Notes under the pieces: generated by a model
Databases searched by the model: none
Seen by the model: the letters and a program-made list of their open reading frames with translations, nothing else
What the model was told of the DNA's origin: nothing
Part shown: positions 1 to 10,326 of the stretch, piece by piece
How positions within the stretch are numbered: the first letter of the stretch is position 1
How the letters are laid out: every line of letters starts with the position of its first letter
Source of the DNA: an uncultured Gammaproteobacteria bacterium
Lineage (GTDB): Bacteria > Pseudomonadota > Gammaproteobacteria > GCA-002705445 > GCA-002716945
Direction: 5' to 3'
DNA: 64,000 bases
Assembly: GCA_902628335.1 (NCBI GenBank)
Contig: CACOMO010000002.1
Span: 143,684 to 207,683 of the forward strand
Made by a program: the position numbers and the translations under genes

Positions 1-89
1 TCAGATTTAGATATCCTTATTTCAATTTTTTTACAGATTTTTTTAGTGTGCCCATCTACTGATGAGTAAATAATTAGTGTATTAAGCAT
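1..89 (-). CDS. hemG: Flavodoxin-fold protoporphyrinogen oxidase HemG-like, N-terminus only (runs off the window)
   Basis: Manual translation MLNTLIIYSSVDGHTKKICKKI matches the flavodoxin FMN loop of HemG; directly downstream of rppH. Confidence 0.6.
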   Translation of the reverse strand, partial: MLNTLIIYSSVDGHTKKICKKIEIRISKS

Positions 90-91
90 AT

Positions 92-562
92 TCAATTTTT
101 TTCCAAAATATTTGAGAATTCTTCTAGAATGCTTTCGTAAACTTTCCTTTTAAACTTAATCACACTCTTGATCGCAGTTTTTCTATCACTCCACTTCCAT
201 GCATCAAATTCAGCATGCTCAGTAGCATTTAAATTTATATCATCAGCATCCTCACCGATAAATCTTAATAAAAACCATTTCTGCATAGCGCCATCGTATT
301 TTTTGTTTGATCTCTGGAAAATATGAGGTATATGATACACGAGCCACTTCTTGCTAATATCAATTATCTCTACTTTGTCCTTTTTCAGACCAGTTTCCTC
401 AAATAACTCTCTATATAAAGCAACTTGTGGAGTCTCACCCTCGTCAATGCCTCCTTGAGGAAATTGCCAAGCATCTGCACCAATTCTCTTACCGAGAAAA
501 AATTGACCTTCTCGGTTAACGATAACCATGCCCACTCCCTTCCTGTAATTTTTACCTTTCAT
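92..562 (-). CDS. rppH: RNA pyrophosphohydrolase (Nudix)
   Basis: WQFPQGGIDEGE...ALYRELFEETGL Nudix box, QKWFLLRF, EFDAWKW; start moved to MKGKNYR. Confidence 0.93.
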   Translation of the reverse strand: MKGKNYRKGVGMVIVNREGQFFLGKRIGADAWQFPQGGIDEGETPQVALYRELFEETGLKKDKVEIIDISKKWLVYHIPHIFQRSNKKYDGAMQKWFLLRFIGEDADDINLNATEHAEFDAWKWSDRKTAIKSVIKFKRKVYESILEEFSNILEKN

Positions 563-691
563 GTTAACTATTATCATTATAAATATTTAATTCATATACT
601 TATCATAATACAATATGAGATAATTTAATTATGCATAATGTGAAATTTCTTTATTAATAAGTTAATTCTTGAATATGTATTTAAATGACTA

Positions 692-1342
692 ATGAAAAAA
701 CTTGTAATATTTGACTTAGACAATACCTTGTTAAATGGTGATAGTGATAGGAATTGGGGTGAATTTCTCTCAGAGAAAAAAATTGTTAATAATAATTATC
801 TATTGAGAAGTGAACAGTTCTATAATAATTATTATCAAGGAAGTTTAGATATTGACGGATTTCTTGCTTTCTGCCTAGAACCGCTAAAGAATAATAAGAT
901 GGATTTGCTTTTAGAGCTAAGAGAAGAATTTATAGAAAAAAAAATAAAGCCGATTGTGCTATCAGAGGCATTATCAAGAGTAAAAGAGGAAATGAAAGAT
1001 AATAAAGTTATTATTGCAACTGCCACTAATAATTTCGTTACAAAGCCGATTGCGGATTTATTTGGTATCGTCGACCTCATCGCCACCGAATTTGAAATAT
1101 CTAATAACAAATTCACAGGGCGAGTCTTGGGACTACCTTGTTTTAGGGAGGGTAAATTGAAAAAAGTAACAGAATGGATTAACTTAAATGGGTATACATT
1201 AACTGAATCAAAATTTTACTCTGACTCATTTAATGATTTGCCCTTATTGAAGAGGGTCAGAGAAGCAGTTGTAGTAGATGGTGATGAAAAATTATTAAAG
1301 GAGGCAGAGAAGAATGGATGGTCATGCTTATCGTTCAGGTAA
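692..1342 (+). CDS. HAD-IB family hydrolase (SerB/histidinol-phosphatase-like)
   Basis: FDLDNTL motif I, ATAT motif II, YSDSFND motif IV. Confidence 0.88.
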   Translation: MKKLVIFDLDNTLLNGDSDRNWGEFLSEKKIVNNNYLLRSEQFYNNYYQGSLDIDGFLAFCLEPLKNNKMDLLLELREEFIEKKIKPIVLSEALSRVKEEMKDNKVIIATATNNFVTKPIADLFGIVDLIATEFEISNNKFTGRVLGLPCFREGKLKKVTEWINLNGYTLTESKFYSDSFNDLPLLKRVREAVVVDGDEKLLKEAEKNGWSCLSFR

Positions 1343-1361
1343 AAAAATCACTACCTGGCTT

Positions 1362-1934
1362 ATGAGTTTATTTGTGTTAATATTTTTTTATGATTCAATA
1401 GATGCCGAGACTATGATAATAGATGATATGAATAACTCAAATGGCTCTGCAGAAAAAAGAGACTATTGTGAGGAGACAACTACCAAATGGTGTTTTGTAA
1501 CTGATAAAGTTATGGGTGGTGTTTCAGAGGGAACATTTGAAAAGCGCGAGTCTGATGATGTTCCTCATTATAACATGCGAGGTGATGTTTCAACTGAGAA
1601 CAATGGTGGGTTCATACAATTTAGGACTCAACTAGAAAATCATCCAAAAAATAAAATATATAACGGGATACGAATAAAAGTTCGTGGAAATAATGAGGAG
1701 TATGCATTGCATTTGAGGACTAAATATTTATTTCTACCTTGGCAGTATTATCAAGCAAATTTTATTGCAACAGATCAATGGTCTATTATAGATATACCTT
1801 TTAATTCATTTAAAAAATCTAACTTTTATCAGCCAACGTCTGTTACATCCATTGATATTAAAACAATCGGCGTTGTGGCAATTGGAAGAGACTTCAAGGC
1901 TAATATTGATTTAGCTTTTATGGAACTATATTAA
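1362..1934 (+). CDS. CIA30 family protein, probably exported
   Basis: VTDKVMGGVSEG and VSTENNGGFIQ motifs; hydrophobic N-terminus; start uncertain. Confidence 0.85.
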   Translation: MSLFVLIFFYDSIDAETMIIDDMNNSNGSAEKRDYCEETTTKWCFVTDKVMGGVSEGTFEKRESDDVPHYNMRGDVSTENNGGFIQFRTQLENHPKNKIYNGIRIKVRGNNEEYALHLRTKYLFLPWQYYQANFIATDQWSIIDIPFNSFKKSNFYQPTSVTSIDIKTIGVVAIGRDFKANIDLAFMELY

Positions 1935-1935
1935 T

Positions 1936-2157
1936 TTAAACAAGAAAATAATTTATATAGCCCGTTATAAAAATTGGGATTTGAAGACCAAAATTTATCA
2001 TGACCGCTTTATCATTCATTAAGTATCCAGAAATCATCCAACCAGCTGCACCTACCGAGTGGATAAAGATGTAGAGCGGGTATATATTAAACTGTGCTAT
2101 AAAGATTCCTGTTAATACAAAAGTAGTGCTCGCCCATTTGAGTGATGTTAGATTCAT
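1936..2157 (-). CDS. Small membrane protein (DUF6552-like)
   Basis: 73 aa, hydrophobic, LKW...NIYP...GW pattern; RBS AGGAG upstream. Confidence 0.55.
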   Translation of the reverse strand: MNLTSLKWASTTFVLTGIFIAQFNIYPLYIFIHSVGAAGWMISGYLMNDKAVMINFGLQIPIFITGYINYFLV

Positions 2158-2166
2158 GGTATCTCC

Positions 2167-3186
2167 TTATCGTTTTTTCTTAAAATCGAGTGCTTTGTTA
2201 AAAATATAATTATGCAAAATAGATTTAGCGATATCGAATTCTCCTACCCTTTTAATTTCCTCGCCATTGAAGCCTTCTTTAAAAAAATCTACACCTGCAG
2301 TTGATTGATCTTCGGATAACCCACCAAAATCTAAGATATCTATATCAAGTGAATATAGATAATTAATCAACTCAAAGATCATGCCGTAGGATGCATGTAA
2401 ATCACCGCCTCTGTTGGTAGATGCCGCATAATGATAAAAAGCTTTTCGATGAAACATGCTCACAACACAAGCTGCAACACATTCTCGATCTTTGTACCCT
2501 GCAAGTGTAATTATTTTATTGTAATCTGATGAATTTAATAATTTTGCGAATAAAGCAACATCTATAATAGGCAAATTCAAATTCTTCTCTTCCTGCATTT
2601 GTGCGTATATCGAGTAGAATACTGAACCAGCCTCATCGTTTTCTCTGATTCGCCAATCAATATTATTTTTAATTGATTGTTTGATATAGTATCTATGCTT
2701 TTTCCTTATTTGACTGAGAAAGTCATCGCTGGGCATTGTTTTAATTATATTTGTTCTCCTGCTAGTCAATGTATTGGAGGATTTTTTGAATTCGATAAAA
2801 AATTTGCTATTAATATCGTTATCTTCCATAAATGTTTTACATCTTAGATTCGCAAAATTGTACTCTGCAACTACATCTCTAAACTTTTTAAGGGCGCTAT
2901 TGGTATTATTTTTATCTTCTGTGTTTATTAAAGGTCCACCTGGACACCATGCTATATTTACGCCTAAAACTTTTTTCATAACAATTTGTGCAATTAAAGT
3001 TAGTTTCTCACAATTATTATCAGAAACTATAATTCGAAGAGGTTCCCATCCCTCAGATTTCTTCAATTCTCCCCATTCGTAAGATTGAAAAATATTATAT
3101 TCTTGAAATTGCAATAGAGCCTCGTTCCATTGCTTGTTATTCAAAGAATTTTTATTAAGTATTTGTAGTGTTTTATCTTTAGTCAC
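2167..3186 (-). CDS. FemAB/FemX-like GNAT-fold peptidyltransferase family protein
   Basis: FQSYEWGELK, PGGP, DFGG...GVDFFKEGFNG motifs. Confidence 0.75.
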   Translation of the reverse strand: MTKDKTLQILNKNSLNNKQWNEALLQFQEYNIFQSYEWGELKKSEGWEPLRIIVSDNNCEKLTLIAQIVMKKVLGVNIAWCPGGPLINTEDKNNTNSALKKFRDVVAEYNFANLRCKTFMEDNDINSKFFIEFKKSSNTLTSRRTNIIKTMPSDDFLSQIRKKHRYYIKQSIKNNIDWRIRENDEAGSVFYSIYAQMQEEKNLNLPIIDVALFAKLLNSSDYNKIITLAGYKDRECVAACVVSMFHRKAFYHYAASTNRGGDLHASYGMIFELINYLYSLDIDILDFGGLSEDQSTAGVDFFKEGFNGEEIKRVGEFDIAKSILHNYIFNKALDFKKKR

Positions 3187-3188
3187 GA

Positions 3189-3755
3189 TTATGTTTTTGG
3201 AAGAGTGACACCTTTTTGTCCTTGATATTTACCATCTCTATCTTTATATGATGTTTCACAAACTTCATCAGATTCAAGAAATATAAATTGGGCGACACCC
3301 TCGTTGGCATAAATCTTTGCAGGTAGAGATGTGGTGTTTGAAAACTCTAAGGTAACATGTCCTTCCCACTCTGGTTCGAGTGGTGTTACATTTACGATTA
3401 TTCCGCATCTCGCATAAGTTGACTTACCTAAACAAAGAGTCAATACTTTTCTAGGTATTCTAAAATACTCAATAGTTCTGGCAAGGGCAAAAGAGTTAGG
3501 TGGTATAGTGCATACATCAGATTTGATATCTACAAAGCTTTGATCATCGAAATTTTTGGGGTCAACCATTGAAGAATTAATATTGGTAAAAACTTTGAAT
3601 TCATCAGAGCAACGGACATCATATCCATAACTTGATGTTCCATAAGATACTATTCTCCCACTACCATTTGATTTAACTTGATTCTCTTGAAATGGCTCAA
3701 TCATTCTATGATTTTTAGCCATATCCTTGATCCACTTGTCTGATTTGATTGCCAT
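3189..3755 (-). CDS. dcd: dCTP deaminase
   Basis: [29 protein letters not shown]. Confidence 0.97.
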   Translation of the reverse strand: MAIKSDKWIKDMAKNHRMIEPFQENQVKSNGSGRIVSYGTSSYGYDVRCSDEFKVFTNINSSMVDPKNFDDQSFVDIKSDVCTIPPNSFALARTIEYFRIPRKVLTLCLGKSTYARCGIIVNVTPLEPEWEGHVTLEFSNTTSLPAKIYANEGVAQFIFLESDEVCETSYKDRDGKYQGQKGVTLPKT

Positions 3756-3820
3756 TCCAGTATTATATTATAAATAGCTGACAATATTTATGTTAATTTA
3801 TTAAGAGACCTTGTATTTAG

Positions 3821-4903
3821 TTAGTCGTTTTGAATAACAATCTTTGGAAATACAGATGAGTAATCTTTTTTACGCATCGACAAAGTAGCTGCCATTTTCC
3901 TAGCGATTTCTCTAAAAGCCATTGAGGTAGGTGACTCAGGATTTTGAGAGACTGTCGGTGTTCCCTTATCCATTTCCTCTCGAATTTGTTTTTGAAGTGG
4001 TAATTCCCCAAGTAATTTGACGCCATTTTCTTGAGCTAGTTGCTCGCCGCCACCTTCACCAAATATACTTTCCATATTTCCACACTCAGGACAAATGAAC
4101 GAACTCATATTTTCGATTACACCTAACACAGGTACTTCAACCTTCTCAAACATTTTAAGTCCCTTGCGAGCATCTATTAACGAGATATCTTGCGGTGTTG
4201 TAACAATTACAGCGCCACTAACAGGTATTTTTTGACATAACGTCAGTTGCACATCACCAGTGCCTGGTGGAAGATCAATGATTAGAAAATCTATATCCTT
4301 CCAATTTGTGTCAGTAAGAAGTTGCTCAAGAGCTTGAGTCACCATAGGGCCTCTCCAAATCATAGGAGTGTCCTCTTCAACCAGTAATCCAATAGACATT
4401 GCCTGTAGGCCATGTCCTACTTTTGGCTCTAGTGTTTTACCATCTTCTGAATCTGGCTTTCCTTCAAGACCAAGCATTCTAGGGATGCTTGGGCCATAGA
4501 TATCAGCATCTAAAATAGCTGTGTTGGCTCCCTCTTCTTTAAGCGCTAGTGCTAGATTAACAGCTGTAGTTGATTTTCCTACTCCTCCTTTTCCTGATGC
4601 TACGGCTATAATGTTTTTTATGCCTTTTACCCTCTCAAGGCTTTGTTGTACAGTGTGAGGTATAATTTCATACTTAAGGTCAAGAGTCAGCTTAACATCA
4701 GGGTATGCTTCATTAATTTTCTTTGTAAGATTCTTGTGAAAATCCTGAATGATGCCCTCTGCAGGCCATCCTAGGACAATCTGGATATGGACGTTGTCAC
4801 CATCAACTTTTATATCTTTGACGGTATTCCCAGTGACTAGATCTGTGCCCATGTATGGACAATCGTAGTCCTTCAAAATCGATTCTATGTTTTCTCTCTC
4901 CAT
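3821..4903 (-). CDS. apbC: Fe-S cluster carrier ATPase Mrp/ApbC
   Basis: SGKGGVGKST, DADIYGPS, WRGPM, DLPPGTGD, CPEC. Confidence 0.96.
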   Translation of the reverse strand: MERENIESILKDYDCPYMGTDLVTGNTVKDIKVDGDNVHIQIVLGWPAEGIIQDFHKNLTKKINEAYPDVKLTLDLKYEIIPHTVQQSLERVKGIKNIIAVASGKGGVGKSTTAVNLALALKEEGANTAILDADIYGPSIPRMLGLEGKPDSEDGKTLEPKVGHGLQAMSIGLLVEEDTPMIWRGPMVTQALEQLLTDTNWKDIDFLIIDLPPGTGDVQLTLCQKIPVSGAVIVTTPQDISLIDARKGLKMFEKVEVPVLGVIENMSSFICPECGNMESIFGEGGGEQLAQENGVKLLGELPLQKQIREEMDKGTPTVSQNPESPTSMAFREIARKMAATLSMRKKDYSSVFPKIVIQND

Positions 4904-5003
4904 GTGCCTATTTTATATAAATTTACGTTAAAATATCAATATAAGTACAATTGCTATAGTATAACGAATTACATTAATAACATAACAATTTGACATCATA
5001 TTT

Positions 5004-6641
5004 ATGAGAAAAATTCTAGTAACAAGTGCTCTTCCATATGCGAATGGATCCATCCACCTTGGTCATCTTGTGGAATATCTTCAAACTGATATTTGGGTCA
5101 GGCACCAGAAAATGTCTAAAAACCACTGTACATACATTTGTGCAGATGATGCTCATGGGACACCTATCATGTTGAAAGCAAGAGAACTTAATATTACGCC
5201 AGAAAAACTAATAGAAAAATCAAAAAAAGAGCACACTCAGGATTTTGCTGATTTTTACATCGAATTCGACAACTACTACACAACGCACTCAGAAGAGAAT
5301 AAAATACTATCAGAACTTATCTACAAAAATCTTAAAGATAAAGGTGTGATAGAGAGAAGTGAGATTGAACAGTATTATGATGAAAATGAGGAGATGTTTC
5401 TCCCAGACAGATATATCAAGGGCACTTGCCCTAAGTGTGGGGAAGAAGATCAATATGGAGACTCGTGTGAAAAATGTGGGGCAACTTATTCATCAACTGA
5501 AGTTATTAACCCGATATCTGTAATTTCAAATTCTAAACCAATTAAAAAGAAAACAGAGCATCTCTTTTTTAAACTTTCAGACTATGAAAAATTTCTTAGT
5601 AAGTGGTTAACTGATAATCGAGTACAAAAAGAAATTAATAACAAGATGAAAGAATGGCTCTCAGATGGTTTATCAAGTTGGGACATTACTAGAGATAAAC
5701 CATATTTTGGCTTCAATATACCAGGAGAGAAAGAGAAATTCTTTTACGTATGGCTTGATGCACCTGTTGGTTATATTGCATCATACAAAAATCTGTGTGA
5801 TAAAAACTCTATAGATTATCTCGCAGCATGGAAAAAAGATTCCGAAGTTGAGTTGTATCATTTTATTGGAAAAGACATTGCATATTTTCACGTCCTATTT
5901 TGGCCATCAATGCTAGAGGGGGCTGGCTTTAGGACGCCAACAAGTGTATTTTGTCATGGCTTTCTCACCATAGATGGAGAAAAAATGTCTAAATCAAGAG
6001 GTACCTTTATTAAAGCTAGAACGTATCTGAATCATCTTAATCCTGAGTACTTGAGATATTATTTTGCTAGTCGGCTCACCAGCAAAATTGAGGACATTGA
6101 TTTGAACTTTAATGATTTTGTAGCTAGAGTAAACTCCGATTTGATTGGAAAAGTAATTAACATAGGTAGTAGGTGTGCCAGATTTATAAACAAGGATTTT
6201 GATAATACACTTGCTTCGAAGTCAAATAATCAATCTTTAATTTCGCAAATCCTTGAAAAGAAAAGTACTATACAAAAAAATTATGAAAATAGAGATTTTT
6301 CCAAAAATATACGATTAATCTCATCACTTGCTGATGATGTAAATAAGTATATTGATGATGAAAAGCCGTGGATTAAAATTAAAGATAAAGATAACAGTGA
6401 GACTGTTCAAGAAGTCTGCTCTGATGGAGTAAATATGTTCAGAGTTCTTGTTGGTTATTTAAAACCTGTACTCCCAAAGATTGCAGAAAATGTAGAAAAG
6501 TTTCTGAGATGTTCGCCAATTGACTGGTATAATATTGATCAACTAATATTAAAGGAAAAAATCGAGACTTTTAAACCAATAATAACAAGGATAGATGAAA
6601 AATCTATCGAGATAATTAAAACTGAGGCGAGAAAAAACTAG
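5004..6641 (+). CDS. metG: Methionyl-tRNA synthetase, catalytic and anticodon-binding domains
   Basis: LPYANGSIHLGH, CPKC/CEKC zinc knuckle, KMSKS; C-terminal tRNA-binding domain is in the next ORF. Confidence 0.97.
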   Translation: MRKILVTSALPYANGSIHLGHLVEYLQTDIWVRHQKMSKNHCTYICADDAHGTPIMLKARELNITPEKLIEKSKKEHTQDFADFYIEFDNYYTTHSEENKILSELIYKNLKDKGVIERSEIEQYYDENEEMFLPDRYIKGTCPKCGEEDQYGDSCEKCGATYSSTEVINPISVISNSKPIKKKTEHLFFKLSDYEKFLSKWLTDNRVQKEINNKMKEWLSDGLSSWDITRDKPYFGFNIPGEKEKFFYVWLDAPVGYIASYKNLCDKNSIDYLAAWKKDSEVELYHFIGKDIAYFHVLFWPSMLEGAGFRTPTSVFCHGFLTIDGEKMSKSRGTFIKARTYLNHLNPEYLRYYFASRLTSKIEDIDLNFNDFVARVNSDLIGKVINIGSRCARFINKDFDNTLASKSNNQSLISQILEKKSTIQKNYENRDFSKNIRLISSLADDVNKYIDDEKPWIKIKDKDNSETVQEVCSDGVNMFRVLVGYLKPVLPKIAENVEKFLRCSPIDWYNIDQLILKEKIETFKPIITRIDEKSIEIIKTEARKN

Positions 6642-6642
6642 C

Positions 6643-6975
6643 ATGACAGACGGTAAAATATTAATAGATGATTTCATCAAACTAGACTTGAGAGTTGGTA
6701 GAGTACTTGATGCTAAGGAGGTTGAAGACTCTAGAAAAATGTTAGAGCTCACAATTGACATAGGCGTAGAGCACAGAAAAATATTTGCAGGTATAAAAAA
6801 ATCATATTCACCAACTGACCTTGTTGGAAAAAATGTTGTTGTGATTGCAAATCTTCTCCCAAGAGAGATGAAGTTCGGTACCTCAGATGGAATGGTATTA
6901 GCTACCTCAGATGATGAGGAGGTAATTATCATAAATCCCGATAAAGATGTTACACCAGGTGCAAAAGTATCGTGA
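6643..6975 (+). CDS. MetRS C-terminal tRNA-binding (Trbp111/CsaA-like OB-fold) domain as a separate ORF
   Basis: IDDFIKLDLRVG...ANLLPREMKFGTSDGMVLA. Confidence 0.88.
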   Translation: MTDGKILIDDFIKLDLRVGRVLDAKEVEDSRKMLELTIDIGVEHRKIFAGIKKSYSPTDLVGKNVVVIANLLPREMKFGTSDGMVLATSDDEEVIIINPDKDVTPGAKVS

Positions 6976-7571
6976 AAAAAGAAATTACTAAATTAGAAAA
7001 AATAATTAATGCACTCCCTCAGCTTCAATGCAAAAAATGCACTTATGATGATTGCGAATCGTACGCACAAGCAATTTTACATTCAAATGAAAGTATAAAT
7101 AAGTGTGAGCCAGGTGCGAGCCAGACGAATAATATACTTAAGAAATTAATCGATGGGGATACTGATACTGACTTTGAAGAATCGATTATAGAGAATTATA
7201 AAATCGCGCACATTAAATATGATGAGTGTATTGGTTGTACGATATGTATCAAGGTGTGCCCCGTGGATGCAATTATAGGAGCAAGAAAGAAGCAACACTA
7301 CATAATTAATGATAAATGTAATGGATGTGAGCTGTGTATTGAACAATGCCCAGTTGATTGTATGGAAATGGTAAATAATGATTTTGAATTATCTTGGATA
7401 TGGCCATCAGTGCAATCAGAGGATTCTAAAGAAAGATACTTTAGAAAATTAACTAGAGTGAAACAAGAGAAATACACCAAGAGTATTGTTAATCAAGAAA
7501 AAGAAATTAAACAGTATCTAAAGCTAGCAGTAGAACGTGAAACAGAGAAACGTAAGTTTTTAAATAGATAG
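6972..7571 (+). CDS. rnfB: Stand-alone RnfB/RsxB-like polyferredoxin
   Basis: LPQLQCKKCTY..C..YA, CEPG, two CxxCxxCxxxCP motifs; lies between metG and nth. Confidence 0.82.
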   Translation: MKKEITKLEKIINALPQLQCKKCTYDDCESYAQAILHSNESINKCEPGASQTNNILKKLIDGDTDTDFEESIIENYKIAHIKYDECIGCTICIKVCPVDAIIGARKKQHYIINDKCNGCELCIEQCPVDCMEMVNNDFELSWIWPSVQSEDSKERYFRKLTRVKQEKYTKSIVNQEKEIKQYLKLAVERETEKRKFLNR

Positions 7572-7606
7572 TAAATTGAGCGATTTATATAAATCATATT
7601 TAATTT

Positions 7607-8260
7607 ATGAAAAAAAAGGATAGAGCGATTATAATTCAAGAGAAACTTGATCAATTGTATCCAACAACTCCTGTGCCATTGAATCATAAAAATAATTTTG
7701 AGCTTTTGATAGCCGTACTATTGAGCGCACAAACTACAGACGAGAGAGTTAACAAAGTAACGCCAAATTTATTCAGGGAAGCACACACTGCAGATAAAAT
7801 GCAAAAATTACATTATAAAACTATTCTCAAACTCGTCAAAACATGTGGATTGGCACCGAAAAAATCGAGAGCGATACTTGCACTTTCGAAAATACTTGTT
7901 AAAGAATATAATGGTCAGGTACCCGCTGATATTAATCAGCTCGAAAAGCTTCCTGGGGTAGGCCATAAAACAGCGAGTGTTGTTATGTCACAAGGATTTG
8001 GACAAGCTGCCTTTCCGGTCGATACGCACATTCATCGACTGGCTCAAAGGTGGGGTCTAACAAACGGTAAAAGCGTTGAGAAGACTGAGGACGATCTCAA
8101 AAAAATCTTTCCCAAAGAGACTTGGAATAAGCTTCATCTACAAATAATTTTTTATGGGCGAGAATACTGCCAAGCAAGACAGTGTTTTGGGATAGAATGT
8201 GATATTTGTAAAACCTGTTATCCAAATAGAAAAAAACCTGTTGTGACTCAAAAACAATAA
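7607..8260 (+). CDS. nth: Endonuclease III
   Basis: LLSAQTTD, HhH LPGVGHKTA, VDTHIHR, C-terminal Cys cluster. Confidence 0.96.
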   Translation: MKKKDRAIIIQEKLDQLYPTTPVPLNHKNNFELLIAVLLSAQTTDERVNKVTPNLFREAHTADKMQKLHYKTILKLVKTCGLAPKKSRAILALSKILVKEYNGQVPADINQLEKLPGVGHKTASVVMSQGFGQAAFPVDTHIHRLAQRWGLTNGKSVEKTEDDLKKIFPKETWNKLHLQIIFYGREYCQARQCFGIECDICKTCYPNRKKPVVTQKQ

Positions 8261-8276
8261 AGCAAATTTAAAGTGG

Positions 8277-8642
8277 CTACTCACTTTTTTTCATTTTATC
8301 CCAAATCGCCGTCATCTCATCCGGTGTTGCAAAAGTTTTATCTAATTTTTCTAATTCCGATTTTACTTTCAAGAATCTAGCATTGAATTTTAATTCGGCC
8401 TCTTTAATTACCTGATGAAGATCTATATCTAGATGTCTTGCTAAAGATATATATGTAAACAATAAATCACCTAACTCTTCTCTAATTTTTCCATTTTTGC
8501 TAGATTGTATTGCCTCTTCAACCTCTTTTGTTTCCTCGTATATTTTTGCCATGATACCCTCTATATCAATCCAATCTAATCCAATCTTTCTAGCCTCTAG
8601 CTGCAGATTAACTGCATTTCTGAATATGTCTTTATTTGTCAT
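8277..8642 (-). CDS. MazG-family nucleotide pyrophosphohydrolase (single domain)
   Basis: EETKEVEEA...EELGDLLF, KFNARF. Confidence 0.85.
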   Translation of the reverse strand: MTNKDIFRNAVNLQLEARKIGLDWIDIEGIMAKIYEETKEVEEAIQSSKNGKIREELGDLLFTYISLARHLDIDLHQVIKEAELKFNARFLKVKSELEKLDKTFATPDEMTAIWDKMKKSE

Positions 8643-8705
8643 ATAAGCACCTACATATAAAATTCTTTTTTATCAAAAAAACATAATATCATGTAAGATG
8701 AACAA

Positions 8706-9665
8706 ATGAATAAAAAAGATATATCGCAAATATCTAATTGGCTCAATGAGATCATTAAGGGCTCATTTCACATCGAGATAGCATCTTCTGATGCAAGTTT
8801 TAGAACGTATTATCGAATAACTTATAATGAAGGGACAGATATAGTAATGCATGCGCCTCCGGATAAAGAGAGTTTAAAGGATGTTATAAAAATAAACAGT
8901 AAACTTGAAAGTGCAAATGTCACTGTCCCTAAAATTAAAAAAGTAAATGAAGATTTAGGCTTAATTTTGATGTCAGATTTTGGTACAAAAGTATACCTTG
9001 ATAATTTAAATGATGAGACAGTTTTTTGTTTATATACAGATGCTATCGATGTAATACATAATATGCAAAATAACATAACTACATCTGATCTTAGCTATTT
9101 TGATATTCACGAACAAAAAGATGAAATTAATCTTTTTATTAACTGGTTTCTAAAAAAACACATTGGATATGATAATGACAAATTGGGTGATATGGGTATA
9201 GAGAAAATACTCACAGATCTTCTAGGGAAGATAGATGAAATACCAAAAAAATTTATTCATAGGGACTATCACTCCAGGAATTTAATGCTTTTAGAAAAAG
9301 GTAATCCTGGCGTATTAGATTATCAAGATGCTATGACTGGTCCAATAACGTATGATCTTGTCTCGCTATTGAAAGATTGTTACGTCAAATGGGATGATGA
9401 ATTGATAAAGAAAATGTCAAAAACTTTTTTCCAGAGGTTAGATTTAAAGACATCTTTTGATGTCTTCAATTATTGGTTTGATATCACTGGTCTTCAAAGA
9501 CATTTAAAAGCGATTGGGATATTCTCCAGATTGAATTATAGAGATAATAAGCCTGCTTATATGAATGATATACCTAGAACCCTGAGTTATATTAGAGAAA
9601 CAGTCGGTAAATATGATGAGCTCAAGGAAATAAAATTGGTTTTAGATGGGCTTAAATTGGAGTAA
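8706..9665 (+). CDS. amgK: Anomeric MurNAc/GlcNAc kinase (APH fold)
   Basis: DASFRTYYR, HRDYHSRNLM, LDYQDA, QRHLKAIGIF; followed by murU. Confidence 0.9.
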   Translation: MNKKDISQISNWLNEIIKGSFHIEIASSDASFRTYYRITYNEGTDIVMHAPPDKESLKDVIKINSKLESANVTVPKIKKVNEDLGLILMSDFGTKVYLDNLNDETVFCLYTDAIDVIHNMQNNITTSDLSYFDIHEQKDEINLFINWFLKKHIGYDNDKLGDMGIEKILTDLLGKIDEIPKKFIHRDYHSRNLMLLEKGNPGVLDYQDAMTGPITYDLVSLLKDCYVKWDDELIKKMSKTFFQRLDLKTSFDVFNYWFDITGLQRHLKAIGIFSRLNYRDNKPAYMNDIPRTLSYIRETVGKYDELKEIKLVLDGLKLE

Positions 9666-9668
9666 AAA

Positions 9669-10319
9669 GTGGTAACTAAAGCAATGATACTTGCATCAGG
9701 CAGAGGTGAGAGGATGATGCCACTCACCAGAGATTTACCGAAACCTATGTTAAAAATCGGAAACGTAACCTTAATTGAAGATAAAATCATTAAGCTGGCA
9801 GAAATTGGAATCCAAGACATTGTAATTAATACAGGATATCTTGGAGAGTATATTAAAGATCATGTAGGTGACGGCTCAAAATTTGGTATAAATATAGCTA
9901 TCAGTGACGAAGGCGATCAACCCATAGGTACAGCAGAGGGTGTCAGGAGAGCGCTAAGCCATTTCGATAACAAAAACTTTATTTTAGTAAATGCAGATAT
10001 ATGGACAAATTATTCGTTTATCGATCTGAAGAGATTTGATTTAAAAGAATCACTGGGTCATATAATACTTACTCAAAAACCTGATTATCATAACGGTGAT
10101 TTTGATCTTTCAGACAATACATTACAAACTGGGAATTCATTCACCTACACTGGTATCGGATTGTATTCTACAATGCTATTCTCAAAATATGATGATAAAG
10201 ATTTAGGAATAATTCTTAAAAAAGAGAAATCGATTACTGCTGATGTTTACTCTGGTATGTGGAATGATATTGGCACTCCTGAGAGACTCAAAAATGCTAG
10301 AGACGAAATCTCATTGTGA
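9669..10319 (+). CDS. murU: MurNAc-alpha-1-phosphate uridylyltransferase
   Basis: KAMILASGRGERMMPLT..PKP, WNDIGTPERL; adjacent to amgK. Confidence 0.88.
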   Translation: MVTKAMILASGRGERMMPLTRDLPKPMLKIGNVTLIEDKIIKLAEIGIQDIVINTGYLGEYIKDHVGDGSKFGINIAISDEGDQPIGTAEGVRRALSHFDNKNFILVNADIWTNYSFIDLKRFDLKESLGHIILTQKPDYHNGDFDLSDNTLQTGNSFTYTGIGLYSTMLFSKYDDKDLGIILKKEKSITADVYSGMWNDIGTPERLKNARDEISL

Positions 10320-10326
10320 AAACAGA

